In this document: positions 48,801-61,205 of the stretch, piece by piece
Layout of the letters: each line of letters opens with the position of its first letter
Numbering within the stretch: the stretch's first letter is position 1
Assembly: GCF_044704955.1 (NCBI RefSeq)
Contig: NC_091990.1
Location: 14,446,001-14,510,000 of the forward strand
Length of the DNA stretch: 64,000 bases
Direction: 5' to 3'
Source of the DNA: Pristiophorus japonicus
Lineage: Eukaryota
Made by a program: the position numbers and the translations under genes
The notes under the pieces: generated by a model
What the model saw: the letters and a program-made list of their open reading frames with translations, nothing else
What the model was told of the DNA's origin: nothing
The model's database searches: none

Positions 48801-49860
48801 TTTTTGTCTTGGGTTTCTCTGCCCTCCACTTTTCCTCATCTCCTTTCTGTCTTTTGCTTTTGTCTCCTTTTTGTTTCCCTCTGTCTCCCTGCATTGATTC
48901 CCATCCCCCTGCCATATTAGTTTAACTCCTCCCCAACAGCACTAACAAACACTCCCCCAGGACATTGGTTCCGGTCCTGCCCAGGTGCAGACCGTCCGCT
49001 TTGTACTGGTCCCACCTCCCCCAGAACCGGTTCCAATGCCCCAGGAATTTGAATCCCTCCCTGCTGCATCACTGCTCAAGCCATGTATTCAACTGCGCTA
49101 TCCTGCGATTCCTACTCTGACTAGTATGTGGCACTGGTAGCAATCCCGAGATTACTACTTTTGAGGTCCTACATTTTAAATTTAGCTCCTTAAATTCGTT
49201 TCGTAGGACCTCATCCCTTTTTTTTACCTTTGTCGTTGGTACCAATGTGCACCACGACAACTGGCTGTTCTCCCTCCTTTTTTAGAATGTCCTGCACCCG
49301 CTCAGAGACATCCTTGACCCTTGCACCAGGGAGGCAACATACCATCCTGGAGTCTCGGTTGCGGCCGCAGAAACGCCTATCGCTCTCCCACTCTTTTTCC
49401 TGCCCTCCTGTTCAACAGAGCCAGCTACGGTGCCATGAACTTGGCTGCTGCTGCCCTCCCCTGATGAGTCATCCCCCTCAACAGTACTCAAAGCAGTGCG
49501 TCTGTTTTGCAGGGGGATGACCACAGGGGACCCTTGCACTACCTTCCTTGCACTGTTCTTCCTGCTAGTCTTCCATTCCCTATCTGGCTATGGACCCTTC
49601 ACCTGCGGTAAGACCAACTCGCTACACGTGCTACTCACGTCATTCTCAGCATCGTGGATGCTCCAGAGTGAATCCACCCTCAGCTCCAACTCCGCAACGC
49701 GGTCCGTCAGGAGCTGGAAGCGGATACACTTCCCGCACACGTAGTCGTCAGGAACACTGGAGTCATTCCTGAGTTCCCACATGGTACAGGAGGAGCATAA
49801 CACACGACCGAGCTGTCCTGTCATGACTTAACCCTTCGATAAGCAACAACAACAACAGCA
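45840..49860 (-). mobile_element. Near full-length CR1 LINE: ORF1 (zinc finger, coiled coil, SGNH esterase) and ORF2 (APE, RT) with few frameshifts
   Basis: ORF1 ATG at 49824, CSSC..W..YVCGKC..LTDRVAELELRV; APE GDFN/SDHN (47238-48542); RT SKFADDTKL (45932-47215); (TTTCTATG)n tail. Confidence 0.97.
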
Positions 49861-50921
49861 TCATCTGGATCACGTTCTTGCTCGCAAACCCCACTCCACC
49901 TTTAGTCCTGGATCATGTTCTTCCGCCATCCCCACTGTGCATACTCTTTTACCCACCCAACCACCTTCTTCTTGACTTCTCTTCCTCCCTCCCATTCTCC
50001 CTCTGATCCCCCCCTCTCTCTGCCCCTTCGATCTCCCTCCTCTACCTCCCTCTGATCTCTCCTTTCTCCCCCCCACCATCTTCCTCCCTTGATCTCCCGA
50101 CTCTCTCTCCCTCAGATATCTATCTCCCGCCTCTCGATCCAATTTTCTTCGGGGCCTTCTCCCACAGAGCTGAAGAAAGCGTAGCCCACACAGTGCGGCA
50201 CCTGCAACTGTGGGGTACTGCGCATGAGCAGCCAGACCTTGGTGGCTGCGTGCATGTGCAGAAGGGTATGAGGTGTGCATGCACAAAAAGGGGCGGGGCC
50301 GGAAAGGTGCCTGCAGATAATCACTCCGTTCAGGGAGGTGCAGGCTCATATCAACACGCTTTGATGTAATGGCAGCAGGTCCAAGCTCTGCCTACAGATT
50401 TACACAACTGAAGAAACACTTGAAAAGTCAGGAGGCGTGATTTTGGGAGGAAATCTCTCTGTAAATGTAAACAGTAGATCATGGTGCTGCGTGAACATCT
50501 GGAACTTACTGAAGTGGAAAATAACTATTTATTGCACAAATTTAAAGCATCCTTAACTGACGGTAATTAAAACAACAGGGTGTTTTGGTTATACGTTTAC
50601 ATTAGATTCAAACGAATTATTTTTTCTGCACTATATATATCACTACATAAAACCAACAATCTTTCTCCCTCCCCCACTCCCCAAATCAGTTGACCCTTGC
50701 TGGGGTCCAGATCCACAGGCACCACCAGCCTCCACTTTCGCCGAAGTGACCATTCTTCTAATGAAAGTCCAGATGAAAGTTTTGGGAAGCTGTCTGACCA
50801 TGGGTCATGGGAATTAATGGTCATTGGCGCCATTTGTGCGGGCACTGAACCATCTGAAGTCACGGCGTGAGATGATTGGGAGAACCCTTGGGGAAATTCT
50901 CCCCCAATACCTGTACCAGAA

Positions 50922-51645
50922 CTAGAAACATAGAAAATAGGTGCAGGAGTAGGCCATTCGGCCCTTTGAGCCTGCACCACCATTCAATAAGATCATGGCT
51001 GATCATTCCTTCAGTACCCCTTTCCTGCTTTCTCTCCATTCCCCTTGATCCCCTTAACCGTAAGGGCCATATCTAACACCCTCTTGAATATATCCAATGA
51101 ACTGGCATCAACAACTCTCTGCAGCAGGGAATTCCACAGGTCAACAACTCTCTGTGAAGAAGTTTCTCCTCATCTTAGTCCTAAATGGCCTACCCCTTAT
51201 CCGAAGACTATGTCCCTGGTTCTGGACTTCCCCAACGACGAGAATATTCTTCCCGCATCTAACCTGTCCAGTCCCGTCAGAATCCTCTATGTTTCCATGA
51301 GATCCCCTCTCATCCTTCTAAACGCCAGTGAATAAAGGCCCAGTTTATCCAGTCTCTCCTCATATGACAGACCAGCCATCCCTGGAATCAGTCTGGTGAA
51401 CCTTCGCTGCACTCCCTCAATAGCAAGAACGTCCTTCCTCAGATTAGGAGACCAAAACTGAACACAATATTCCAGGTGAGGCCTCACCAAGGCCCTGTAC
51501 AACTGCAGTAAGACCTCCCTGCTCCTATATTCAAATCCCCAGGCTATGAAAGCCAACATACCATTTGCCTTCTTTACCACCTGCTGTAGCAGCATGCCCA
51601 CTTTCAGTGACTGATGAACCATGAAACATAGAAACATAGAAAATA
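50922..51645 (-). mobile_element. CR1 3' fragment adjoined by a second CR1 tail repeat; a plus-strand CR1 tail follows at about 51690-51840
   Basis: QVVKKANGMLAFI..HLEYCVQFWSP; AGAAACATAGAAAATA at 50924 and about 51630. Confidence 0.9.
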
Positions 51646-51881
51646 CGAACATAAAATACCACCATGAATAGGAACAAGTATACTGAAGATAGACATCAAT
51701 AGATTTTTGAATATTAAGGGAATCAAGGGATATGGGGACAGTGCAGGAAAGTGGAATTGAGGTAGAAGATCAGCCATGATCTTATTGATTGGCGGAGCAG
51801 GCTCGAGGGGTCGAATGGCCTATTCCTGCTCCTAATTCTTCAGGTGAAAAACCAGCACCCACTTGTTTATACTCTTTAGAA

Positions 51882-52500
51882 CAGGGTTTCTCAACCCTTT
51901 TGAGGTCTACTCCAGTGTTGTAAAAATTCCACGGACCCCTATAACACAACACAAGTATTTTTTCCGTATAAAAATTAGTTATGCAATTGAACGTATTTAT
52001 TATTATTTTTGTTTGATTTACTGAATGTGAAACTTGTTGCTCGTGCTGAGCAACAATTCTGTCAAGATGTGGAGGTATCTGACAAGCATACGGGCAGGTC
52101 ATGGTCACTGTTCATCCCAGCTCAGTACTTTGTTTTGTGCTGTCCCCAATACCCGGAACCCTTGCTGTCCCGGACACCCAGAGCCCCCAAGCCATCCCCG
52201 ATGCCCTCGCCATCCACAACACTCGGAACCCTCTCTATGTCTCCGATACTCGGAGTCCCCCCTCTCTCTGTCCCCAATATCCAGACCCCCTCTCTCTCAC
52301 TGTCTGCAATATCTGGAGCCTTCTCTCTCTGTCCCCAATACCCGGGGGCCCCTCTTTGTCTCTTCTGGAGCCTCCTTTCCTCCTCTGTCCCCAATATCCG
52401 GAGCCTCTCTCTCTCTCTCTCTTTCTCTGTCCCGAATATCCAGAGCCCCCCCCGCCTCTCTCTGTCCCCAATACCCAGAGTCCTCTCTGGAAACTATTAT
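51882..52500 (+). mobile_element. hAT-Charlie-like left end with an internal minisatellite of about 30 bp (52140-52490)
   Basis: CAGGGTTTCTCAACC terminus; repeated CTCTCTGTCCCCAATA(T/C)CC(G/A)GAGCC; right TIR not found. Confidence 0.55.
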
Positions 52501-53208
52501 CCCCCTGCGTGCCGATAATTCAAACACAAAGGGTAGGTTCAGGGCATTGAGAAGGATGAGGGAGGGTTGGCGGGGGCGGGGGCGGGGAGAATGATGATAA
52601 ATCAACCATCACGCAGTCATAAAATAACATATTATTGGATCTAAACAGTGAAAATGTATCCATATTGTCGGCAGTTTACTTTTAATGTTGAACTTTGTAA
52701 ATTAATTGCCGGCTCAGGAGAGGCGCCAGGCACCACCCACAGCATTTCACTCCCTCTGTATTCTTGCACCCCTACCACGCAACAGTGTGTAATCACTCCC
52801 TTCCCATTTTAGCAAGGTATCTGATTAAACACGTAATCACATCTAAAGAGTTAGAGGAACCATCAGGAGTAATTCTGGTATTGAAGGGGCAGAGAAGACA
52901 GGAACATAACTCACCCCCGAGAAAGAAACTATGGGAGAGAGGAAACATTCCTCCTCAGCCCCTCCAATTGTTGTTCCTATTTCCCTCTCTTACCACTGTG
53001 CAAAGAATGTCTTTCTCTGCTTCTGCCCCCAAAATAAAGTGTCCGTCTCCCTCTCCTTGTTCCTCCATTCCACAGAAAAAGGTCTCTTCTCCCTCTCTAG
53101 CAACAGTATTGGTCTCTTGGGAGGCACTTGGCAGCAGTAGTAAAGGACGCTCAGCAGAGGGATTGGACTATGGATCTCAAGATCAGAATAAGTAATGGTA
53201 CTATAATG

Positions 53209-53800
53209 AGTCGTCGTCGTCGTCGTCATAATAGGCAGTCCCTCGGAATCGAGGAAGACTTGCTTCCACTCTTAAATTGAGTCCTTAGGTGGCTGAACAG
53301 TCCAATACGAGAGCCACAATTCCTGTCACAGGTGGGACAGATAGTCATTGAGGGTAAGGGAGGGTGGGACAGGTTTGCCGCACGCTCTTTCCACTGCCTG
53401 CGCTTGATTTCTGCATACTGTCGCCGATGAGACTCAAGGTGCTCAGCGCTCTCCCGGATGCACTTCCTCCACTTAGGGCAGTCTTTGGCCAGGGACTCCC
53501 GGGTGTCAGTGGGGATGTTGCACTTTATCAGGGAGGCTTTGAGGGTGTCCTTGTAACGTTTCCTCTTCCCACCTTTGGCTCGTTTGCCGTGAAAGAGTTC
53601 CGAGTAGAGCGCTTGCTTTGGGAGTCTCGTGTCTGGCATGCAAACAACGTGGCCTGCCCAGCAGAGCTGATCAAGTGTGGTCAGTGCTTCAATGCTGGGG
53701 ATGTTGGTCTGGTCAAGGATGCTAATGTTGGTGCGTCTGTCCCCCAGAGGATTTGTCGGATCTTGCAGAGACATCGTTGGTGCTTTTTCTCCAGTGATTG
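53209..53800 (-). mobile_element. RTE-clade LINE 3' fragment
   Basis: TNISILDQTNIPSIE..WAGHVVCMPDTRLPKQALYSEL..CPTCDRNC..IGLFSHLRT; (GAC)n tail. Confidence 0.92.
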
Positions 53801-54376
53801 AGGGGTCGGTTTATTGGCCTCGTCAGAACACTGATATTACTACTTGAAACACACCATGCAGACTTGGACATTCCTCCATTTTCACTGATTATCTTGGAAT
53901 TCCCTACCCAACATAATTTTAGGAGTGCTGCCACCTCTTTGACTGTAGCATTTCAACCACCTTCTCAATAAATGTAGCCTTGTCAATGTTGCCCACATCC
54001 CAAGAACAATTAAATAAAACACTGCAGTGAGGGTTATTTATTATAACCTATCACTTACTACTCTTGTCATTTTATGCTTTTTTTAAACTGTTAAGAGAAT
54101 AATCAGGATGATACAACCACATATCCAACAGTGGTTCTATTGGAGTTGATTTCACTGCATGGTAGAGAGTGAAGATCAGAGCTCGTACACATTGTACTCA
54201 ACAAATGAGGTGGGAATATGTGACAATGCAGTACAATTCTCCCAAGTTTGTTTGAATTCAAACATGAAAATGAGGCTGGAGCTGAGGCAGAAAAAAGGTC
54301 TTCCCAGCTTTTTATGGAGGTATAACCTTCCTCTGCATGTATATACACACTTTACAATCTCAGGAGTTATGGACAC

Positions 54377-54505
54377 TAATGTTCCCTGTATTTTCTTTCG
54401 GCCCTGCGTGGCCCCTTTAAGGGACTGCACGGTTTTTACATTGAACAGCCGGCTGTGCGGGTTCCCTGGAGCGCTGCATGGCTGCGCAGCTTAAAGAGAA
54501 CATTG
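54377..54505. mobile_element. 129-bp hAT-type MITE
   Basis: TAATGTTCCCT...AGAGAACATTG; perfect 8-bp TSD ATGGACAC. Confidence 0.88.
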
Positions 54506-54808
54506 ATGGACACTTCACTGTAATGGCTCTCTTTTTATCGTCAGAAGGAAGATGCTTTAACTCCAAATTTTTACAGTAATATATAGAACAGTAGTTTGAT
54601 GTGTGCATAACTGAGGTCCGACTGTGTGTGTTCAAAGAAAAATAATTGTATTTATACAAGTGCCTGGTTAGGACTCTCACAGCACTCAACATAGAATTAC
54701 AAAGAATGTACAGCACAGAAATAGACCTTCTGACACAACTGGTCTCTGCTGGTGTTTATGCTCCACATGAACCTCTTCCCACCCACCAGCGCAACTTTCC
54801 ATTCCTAT

Positions 54809-55626
54809 GGGCCCAAGTTTCGGGTCGCGCCTAAAACGGCGCAGCCCCGACCTGAACGCCCGTTTCTCGCGCCACAAAGTGCGCCTAAAAAAAAAATCTT
54901 ACAGATTCTCCAGCTCCCTGCTGGTCCTCTGGAGCCGGGCGCGGCACAGCACGAGCTGTGGGGGGCGGAGCTCGGTCCCTGCGCTGAAAACAGTGCCGGG
55001 ACGTCTGCACATGCGCTACAGTGGGCGCGCATGTGCAGTAGCTCCAGGCGCCCAAAACTGTGTGGGAGGGGCCCGAAGCACACAGCCCCTAGCCCTGGCC
55101 GAATGGCCTCACTGGGGCTGCGTGCATAAGGCTGCCTCCCACGCACAGCTCCTGCTTCCTCCCGACCAGACTCGACTCCCGCGCGCCGCCCCCCGCCCCC
55201 CCCGCACCCGACCCGACACCCGCTTCCCCCCCCCCCCACCACACGACCGGACCCGACCCGACCCGCACCCGACCTCCCTCTCTTCCCCCCCCCCCACGGA
55301 CCCGAACCGAACCGACCTCCCTCCCCTCCCACCCCCGACCCCCCCACCCGCGACCAGACCCAACCTCCTTCCTCCCCGCCCCCGACCCGTGCTCCCGACC
55401 GCCCGCGCCCCCCACCCCCCCCCGGACCCGACCCGACCCCGACCCGCGCTCCCGACCCCAATGCCACCTACCTGTAAATGGTGCTGGGGGGCCCTGCCCG
55501 AAGTCTTGGGCCCGGCCCGTTCAGCCTCCCCCCCACTTCTCCTTTCTCTCCTCCCCGGCCCGTTCAGCCTCCCCCCCCCACTTCTCCTTTCTCTCCTCCT
55601 CCCTTCCCCTTCTCCTTCTCCTTCTC

Positions 55627-55657
<31 letters not shown>

Positions 55658-56414
55658 ATCCCCTTCTTCTCCTCCCCCCCTTCCCTTCCCATTCTCCTCT
55701 TCCCCCCCCTTCCCTTCTTCTCCTCCCCCGCCTTCCCCCCCCCTCCCCTCCCCTTCTTCTCCTCCCCCGCCTTCCCCTTCTCCTACCCCCCTCCTCTCTC
55801 CCTCCCCTCGCTGTCAGAAACACAGACAGAGAGTGAGAGACACACACAGACAGAGACACACTGGGTGAGGGGGGCATCCCAGCACGCAGTTGGAGGGTTC
55901 CCGGTGCTGCAGTCGGTAAGTAGAAAATGTTTTATTTATTGATTTAAAAAAAAATTATTTCTTATTAATTTTTTTTGATTGATTTATTGGTTGATTTATT
56001 GATGTTTTTATCATTTATTATTGATGATGGCTCTTTATTTGTAAACTGAAGTGTTTAATGTTTGTAAACTTCCCTTTAAACCCCCCCCCCCACACCCCAC
56101 ATTCCCTACGCCTGATTTGTAACCTACGCCTGATTTTTTAAAGTGTAGACAAGGTTTTTTCGAGCGTACAAAAATCTTCACTTATTCCATTCTAAGTTAG
56201 TTTGGAGTACGTTTTCACTGCCGAAACTTTGAAAACAGGCGTAAGTGGCCGGACACGCCCCCTTTTGAAAAAAAAATTATGTTCCAAAGTGAAACTGTTC
56301 TAACTGACTAGAACTGGAGCAAACTAAATGCCGAGAATTTGAATTTCTAAGATACTCCGTTCTACACCAGTTGCTCCAAAAAATCAGGAGCAACTGAGGC
56401 CGAAACTTGGGCCC
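54809..56414. mobile_element. 1.6-kb non-autonomous DNA transposon, probably PIF/Harbinger, with a C-rich simple-repeat core
   Basis: Perfect 15-bp TIRs GGGCCCAAGTTTCGG / CCGAAACTTGGGCCC; flanks TAT/TTT; no transposase ORF. Confidence 0.85.
55150..55810 (+). repeat. (CCCGA)n, (CCT)n and C-run low-complexity tract
   Basis: Read directly; source of the spurious Pro/Gly/Arg-rich ORFs. Confidence 0.95.
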
Positions 56415-59384
56415 TTTATCCCTCATCTTGCTTCCCCTTAAATGCTTCTTAATAATGATTTTTATTTTTAAGTGTAGTGACTATTGCTATGCAGGCAACT
56501 ACATTTTCCATTTTACCGACCAAGGACGATACAATGAATTACCAGTTAATCTGTTTCAGGTGGTGCTGAGGGAGAAATGTTGACCAACGCACAGGGACAA
56601 CTCAGTGGCATTCTTTGAAAATCACTTTTATATTGCATGAGACCTTTGCCAGTGCCGCTGCATACCCCAAAACATGAGCCTCACACAACCAGCTGCAAGC
56701 TTGAATGTGATGCGCTGCAACTTATCAATCGTCTTCTGGGCCACCAATCTGACCAAGGCTCCGGCAATTTTGTATTTGGCTTGCTGCTGATACACAAGAC
56801 TTGCACTTCAGGAACCCAGCGGCACTAGTGTAATTAAAAAAAGACGTGAAAAGTGCCACCTCCACCTCCTTATCTCATACACCTGTATAGTTATTGGTGG
56901 AACAATGGGCCTGTGAAACAGGCTGCCATCTCGTGCGTTGAATGTCAATTTGCTGAATTTCAGAAATGAAAGCTGGACCTTTCTAGCTGGGGCGAAGATC
57001 ACCTTGTACAAAAGCTAGGTAACTGCATGACATTAATCAGGACTAGAGTGATCTCCTGGACTAGTTTTGATAGGTGGTCGGAGAATAATTTTCCAGATTT
57101 TTTTCCCAAATTGCCATGGGTTTTTAAAATCTGGTTTTCCACCTCTCGCAGGAGATCACATGGCTTTTGGATGGGGTGGAGTGTTTATATTGTGATGTAG
57201 CAGACATCGCAGATGTGTGGGACATATTGGATGGACCAGTGGATCTTTTGCTGTCAGTCAGTAATCATATGTTCATTTACACACAGACATGTAAATCATA
57301 TATACACAATGTCCATATTATTTACTGTTAAGCAGTCATATTTCTCAATAGACAGACCTGCAGTGATTGAACCACAAATACTAATCATTGAATGTGTCCA
57401 CTTTGATTTGGTAATTGGGATTGTTTTGGCCACTTGTGCTCGTCATATATCAAATTTTAAAAAGGAAAGAAAGTTTTTAAACTTCTGTTTATTCTCTCCA
57501 CACGCAGTTTCATCTACTTTTTTCTTCCAATACTTTCAAACAAAATAAAATAAAGGTTCTTCTCATGATCCTTCATCTTAAGGTGGTAATAAATCTTTTA
57601 TATTCTGTAATATATTGCCTTTTACAAATTTTATGATTCTCATTATAACATTATTAATGCAGATCAAGTTAAGTTGAAGGGCCATTAGATAGTCTCTATT
57701 TAATGAAGCTTTACACACAGGAAAAGTAAAGAGCTTGCACTGGGATCTTATATATTGCAAGCTAGAAGCCATTCAACAGCATAGATTAGAACACTTAAGT
57801 ATACCCTCTGTAACACTGGCCAATGAGCCAGGAAAAGCTATCTACAATTTGGCTGCTCTGATGGGAGTCGGTTAATCTGATTAATTATATGAACAATTCG
57901 GCATTCACTGCACCTCAATTCAGTCTACTATGATTTTTTTTTTAAATGGATGTGAGAAAAGGAGCTTTGAAGCCTAGTTTCCCCTCAGTAATCCACAATT
58001 GAAGTTCTGAGCACACATATCAATAACATAGGAAAATAGTGGTAATTTATTTTTTCTCTGGTCTCTCCTTTTATGAAGGTTTTAATTCTTGCTGCCAATG
58101 TCAGCAGGCTATTTGACCACAAGCATCACCACAGCCAAGTCCAATCCCATCTGCACTCAATGTCGACTAACCCATACTTTCCAAGAGCTGTTACTGTACA
58201 ACGATCAGGACTGAGAACCCCAACTCATTTTGTTTCTTCCCCCGCTTTCCCTGACTAAAGCAGCACATCTACCACCCATCCTGGTTAAGGCCAGCTTGCA
58301 ATCAAACCCTCCTGATCTTACGGCTTAGTTCCACACTAGATAGTACACTTACCCAAGTGGACCTGTGATCAGAGGAGCCCAGTGATGCAATATTAAGATA
58401 TCAGCTAGGCCACTCACTTAAGCACAACTTCAGAATAAGAACACCTAGATTTGCAATAACATTACTAATGCACGTCAAGTTAATGGTTATACATTGGCTC
58501 AGTGCAGCTTACCCAGCGAGAAATAGGGCTGCATAAACAAGAAAGATCCTAGGCTAGTGTCAGTTTCTGTTGAGTTAGCTGATCATAGCCACTGCAGTGG
58601 TAGGATTCCAACAATTAGCCTCAGTGCCCCAGGTCAAATTTTGTTTGGCAACGCTCCTGTGAAGTGCCTTGGGATGTTTCACTATGTTTAAGGCACTATA
58701 TAAATGCAAAGTGTTGTTGGGTTAGTAAAGAGGAAATTGGCCCGGGTTCCCATTCCTGATCACTGACCTACAGCCCCTGATTTAACTGCGTGCATGTCAA
58801 CACCAAACAAGAACTGAATCTGGATTGATTCTGATGGCCCTGCAGTTGAGCAGCCTGCGAAGACCCATTGGTAAACTCACAATTGAATAATGACCATTTG
58901 GGTAAGGCATTGGAAGTTGATTGATTTCTTTAGAACTTGGCTGCAAACAAATGAGTTAATTACCATCAGGGAGAGGAGAAAATTGGAGGGAGAGAGACAG
59001 AGACAGGTGAAGGGACAATCAAGACTCCCAATAAATGATGTGGCTCTACCTGCCAGTGATTCTGAGATTTCATTCCCATCTGTTATAACAGTACAAGATC
59101 CAAACAGGTCAATGTGAATCTTTTTTTTCTTTTTAAGGTTAGCTGACGTGACAGATTAAGTTGATCTAATTTGACAACAAACTATCCATCTGAAATGATT
59201 TTGTATACAGTACGATGCATGCAAATTGGATTTTTTTTTGCAAGATACTACATAAAAGGATTTATTCTGCAAAGAGTGACGTGCTAGGTGACTTTCACAA
59301 ATGGAGTCCAATAGGAGGTCTACATTTATTTTCTTTACTTTGAGAGAGAAACTGCTTTGTAAAATATATCCCCCTCTGCACTTG

Positions 59385-59815
59385 GCAAAGTGGGTAGTAT
59401 TCTCGCCTCAGTCAGAAGGTTGTGGGTTTAAGTACCAATCTAAAGGTTCGAGTATATAATCTAGGCTGACACTCCAAGTGCAGTACTGAGGGAGCACTGC
59501 ACTGTCAGAGGTGACATCTTTCGGATGAGACGTTAAAGCGAGGCCCCATCGATGGACATAAAAGATCCAAAGGCACGATTTGAAGAAGAGCAGAGGAGTT
59601 CTCAGAGTCTTGGTCAATATGCATCCCTCAACCAACACCTAAAACAGATGATCTGGTCATTTATTTTGTTGTTGTTTGTGGGAGCTTGCTCATGTAATTG
59701 GCTGCTTCGGTTTTTTTTTTAACAACAGTTACTGCACTTCAGAAGTATGCAATTGGGACATCCTGCAGTCATGAAAAGCAGTCATGAGAAGCACTATATA
59801 AATGCAAGACTTACT
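59385..59815 (+). mobile_element. Near full-length Deu-domain SINE with tRNA-like head
   Basis: AGTCAGAAGGTTGTGGGTTTAAG head, CAGTACTGAGGGAGCACTGCACTGTC, Deu core, CTATATAAATGCAAG tail. Confidence 0.85.
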
Positions 59816-60149
59816 TTCTTTTAACTTTTGGCACCATATGGTAACATTGACCGGAAGGGTTGAGGACAACTTATTCCGAGGCATCTGTCAAAGCCACTCC
59901 TGTCTTCCCTCTTCAAATTTGCTCCTCTGCTGAAGGTGTTGTCTTATTCCGGGGGCAGAGCTTTAAGGGCTTGGACGACCTTCTGGTTAATCTTGGTGTG
60001 AGCTGAGGTAGCGAATGGCAGCAGGTAGTCAGAAGCAGGGAGACTGGTTGATTTCTCTTCTTTCTGTCTCAGAGGCACTGAGGGTAATTAGAGCATCCCC
60101 ATCATCTGACCTGGGATAAGTTAACTCAGCACAGTCCGGACACTAGACC

Positions 60150-60326
60150 CATAGAAACATAGAAAATAGATGCAGGAGTAGGCTATTCGGCCCTTCGAGC
60201 CTGCACCGCCATTCAATAAGATCATGGTTGATCATTCCCTCAGTACCCCTTTCCTGCTTTCTCTCCATACAACGAACGAGGATGACTTGATTCCACACCA
60301 AAAGGGATGAGTTGACAGATGTTTCA
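60150..60326 (-). mobile_element. Short CR1 tail (60150-60270) abutting a short bipartite-RTE tail (60272-60326)
   Basis: CATAGAAACATAGAAAATAG...; CGAGGATGACTTGATTCCACACCAAAAGG. Confidence 0.75.
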
Positions 60327-61205
60327 GCAACCAGACCGTAACCAGCCCCAGAGTCTCTCGGGATCTAATGTTGGCATTTGCCCTTGTGTTTGGGGTCCAC
60401 TGCTTCCCCCGGCGACACGGGCCGATGGGGAAGCCCACCCGACAGAGATGGGAGCACGAGGCTCCACACATGGTCGGTCCCACCCACCCTGTGGGAACTG
60501 CGGTGCAATATTCACACAGCAACGGATCGGAGTCTCGTTTTCTCACAACCCATTGTCACGCATTTTCATCTACCAGAGTTTCATCTGTGGCTCACTTCCA
60601 GTCGCTATTGTATTTACCACTGGGAAAACTGCCCAAAAGGTGTTTGTGAAGTGAAAACATAAGGCAGGAGGTGAAGCATGGGTTTGAACGGCCCTTCGAT
60701 TTGTCCTCTCCCAGCTCCGGCCGTTCCTCACCTCAACTACCAACCAACACCACCAATCTTCTTTTTTTTTAAAAATCAGTGGCCAAGCAAACATCCTAGC
60801 AATTAGTGGGGCAGTGCTCAAGTAGACTTGATGCATTGACTGCCAGCACACCAAATGTCGACTTAACATGCATCAATTCAACAGCTTCATCAACTTCGAC
60901 TGAATCTTCTGTGTTTCCGATAAGCTACACAGAATTGCAAACCACCAGGTTGCACCCAAGTTGACTGAAGACATAAAATCTAATTAAGCGCACATCAGTT
61001 TGAAGAGAATTATAAAAATAATAGATGACCATTTTAAAGGCCACATCTGAAAATTGAATCGCAGAGATTTATTTTACACTCTAGTGTATTCGTCCCGGAT
61101 CAATGTAATTGTTTGCATTAAAAGCTCGAAGCAAAACTCCAATCATTTCAATCAACATGCTGTCGGATTGGCAGCCAATTGCTGTCTAACCTAACGCCTC
61201 CCATT

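Noticed and set aside
50597-50983. 128-aa minus-strand ORF or exon
   Set aside because: Starts in a CR1 tail and crosses an AmnSINE2-like tail (GAAGAATGGTCACTT...CCTGTGGA..ACCCCAGCA)
52009-52605. Stack of overlapping ORFs on both strands
   Set aside because: Produced by a pyrimidine-rich minisatellite of about 30 bp
54805-55942. 353-aa proline-rich ORF and overlapping Gly/Arg-rich ORFs
   Set aside because: They arise from C-rich simple repeats inside a TIR element, where most frames are open
59385-59450. tRNA gene
   Set aside because: Degenerate tRNA-derived SINE head continuous with the Deu core; no intact cloverleaf evident
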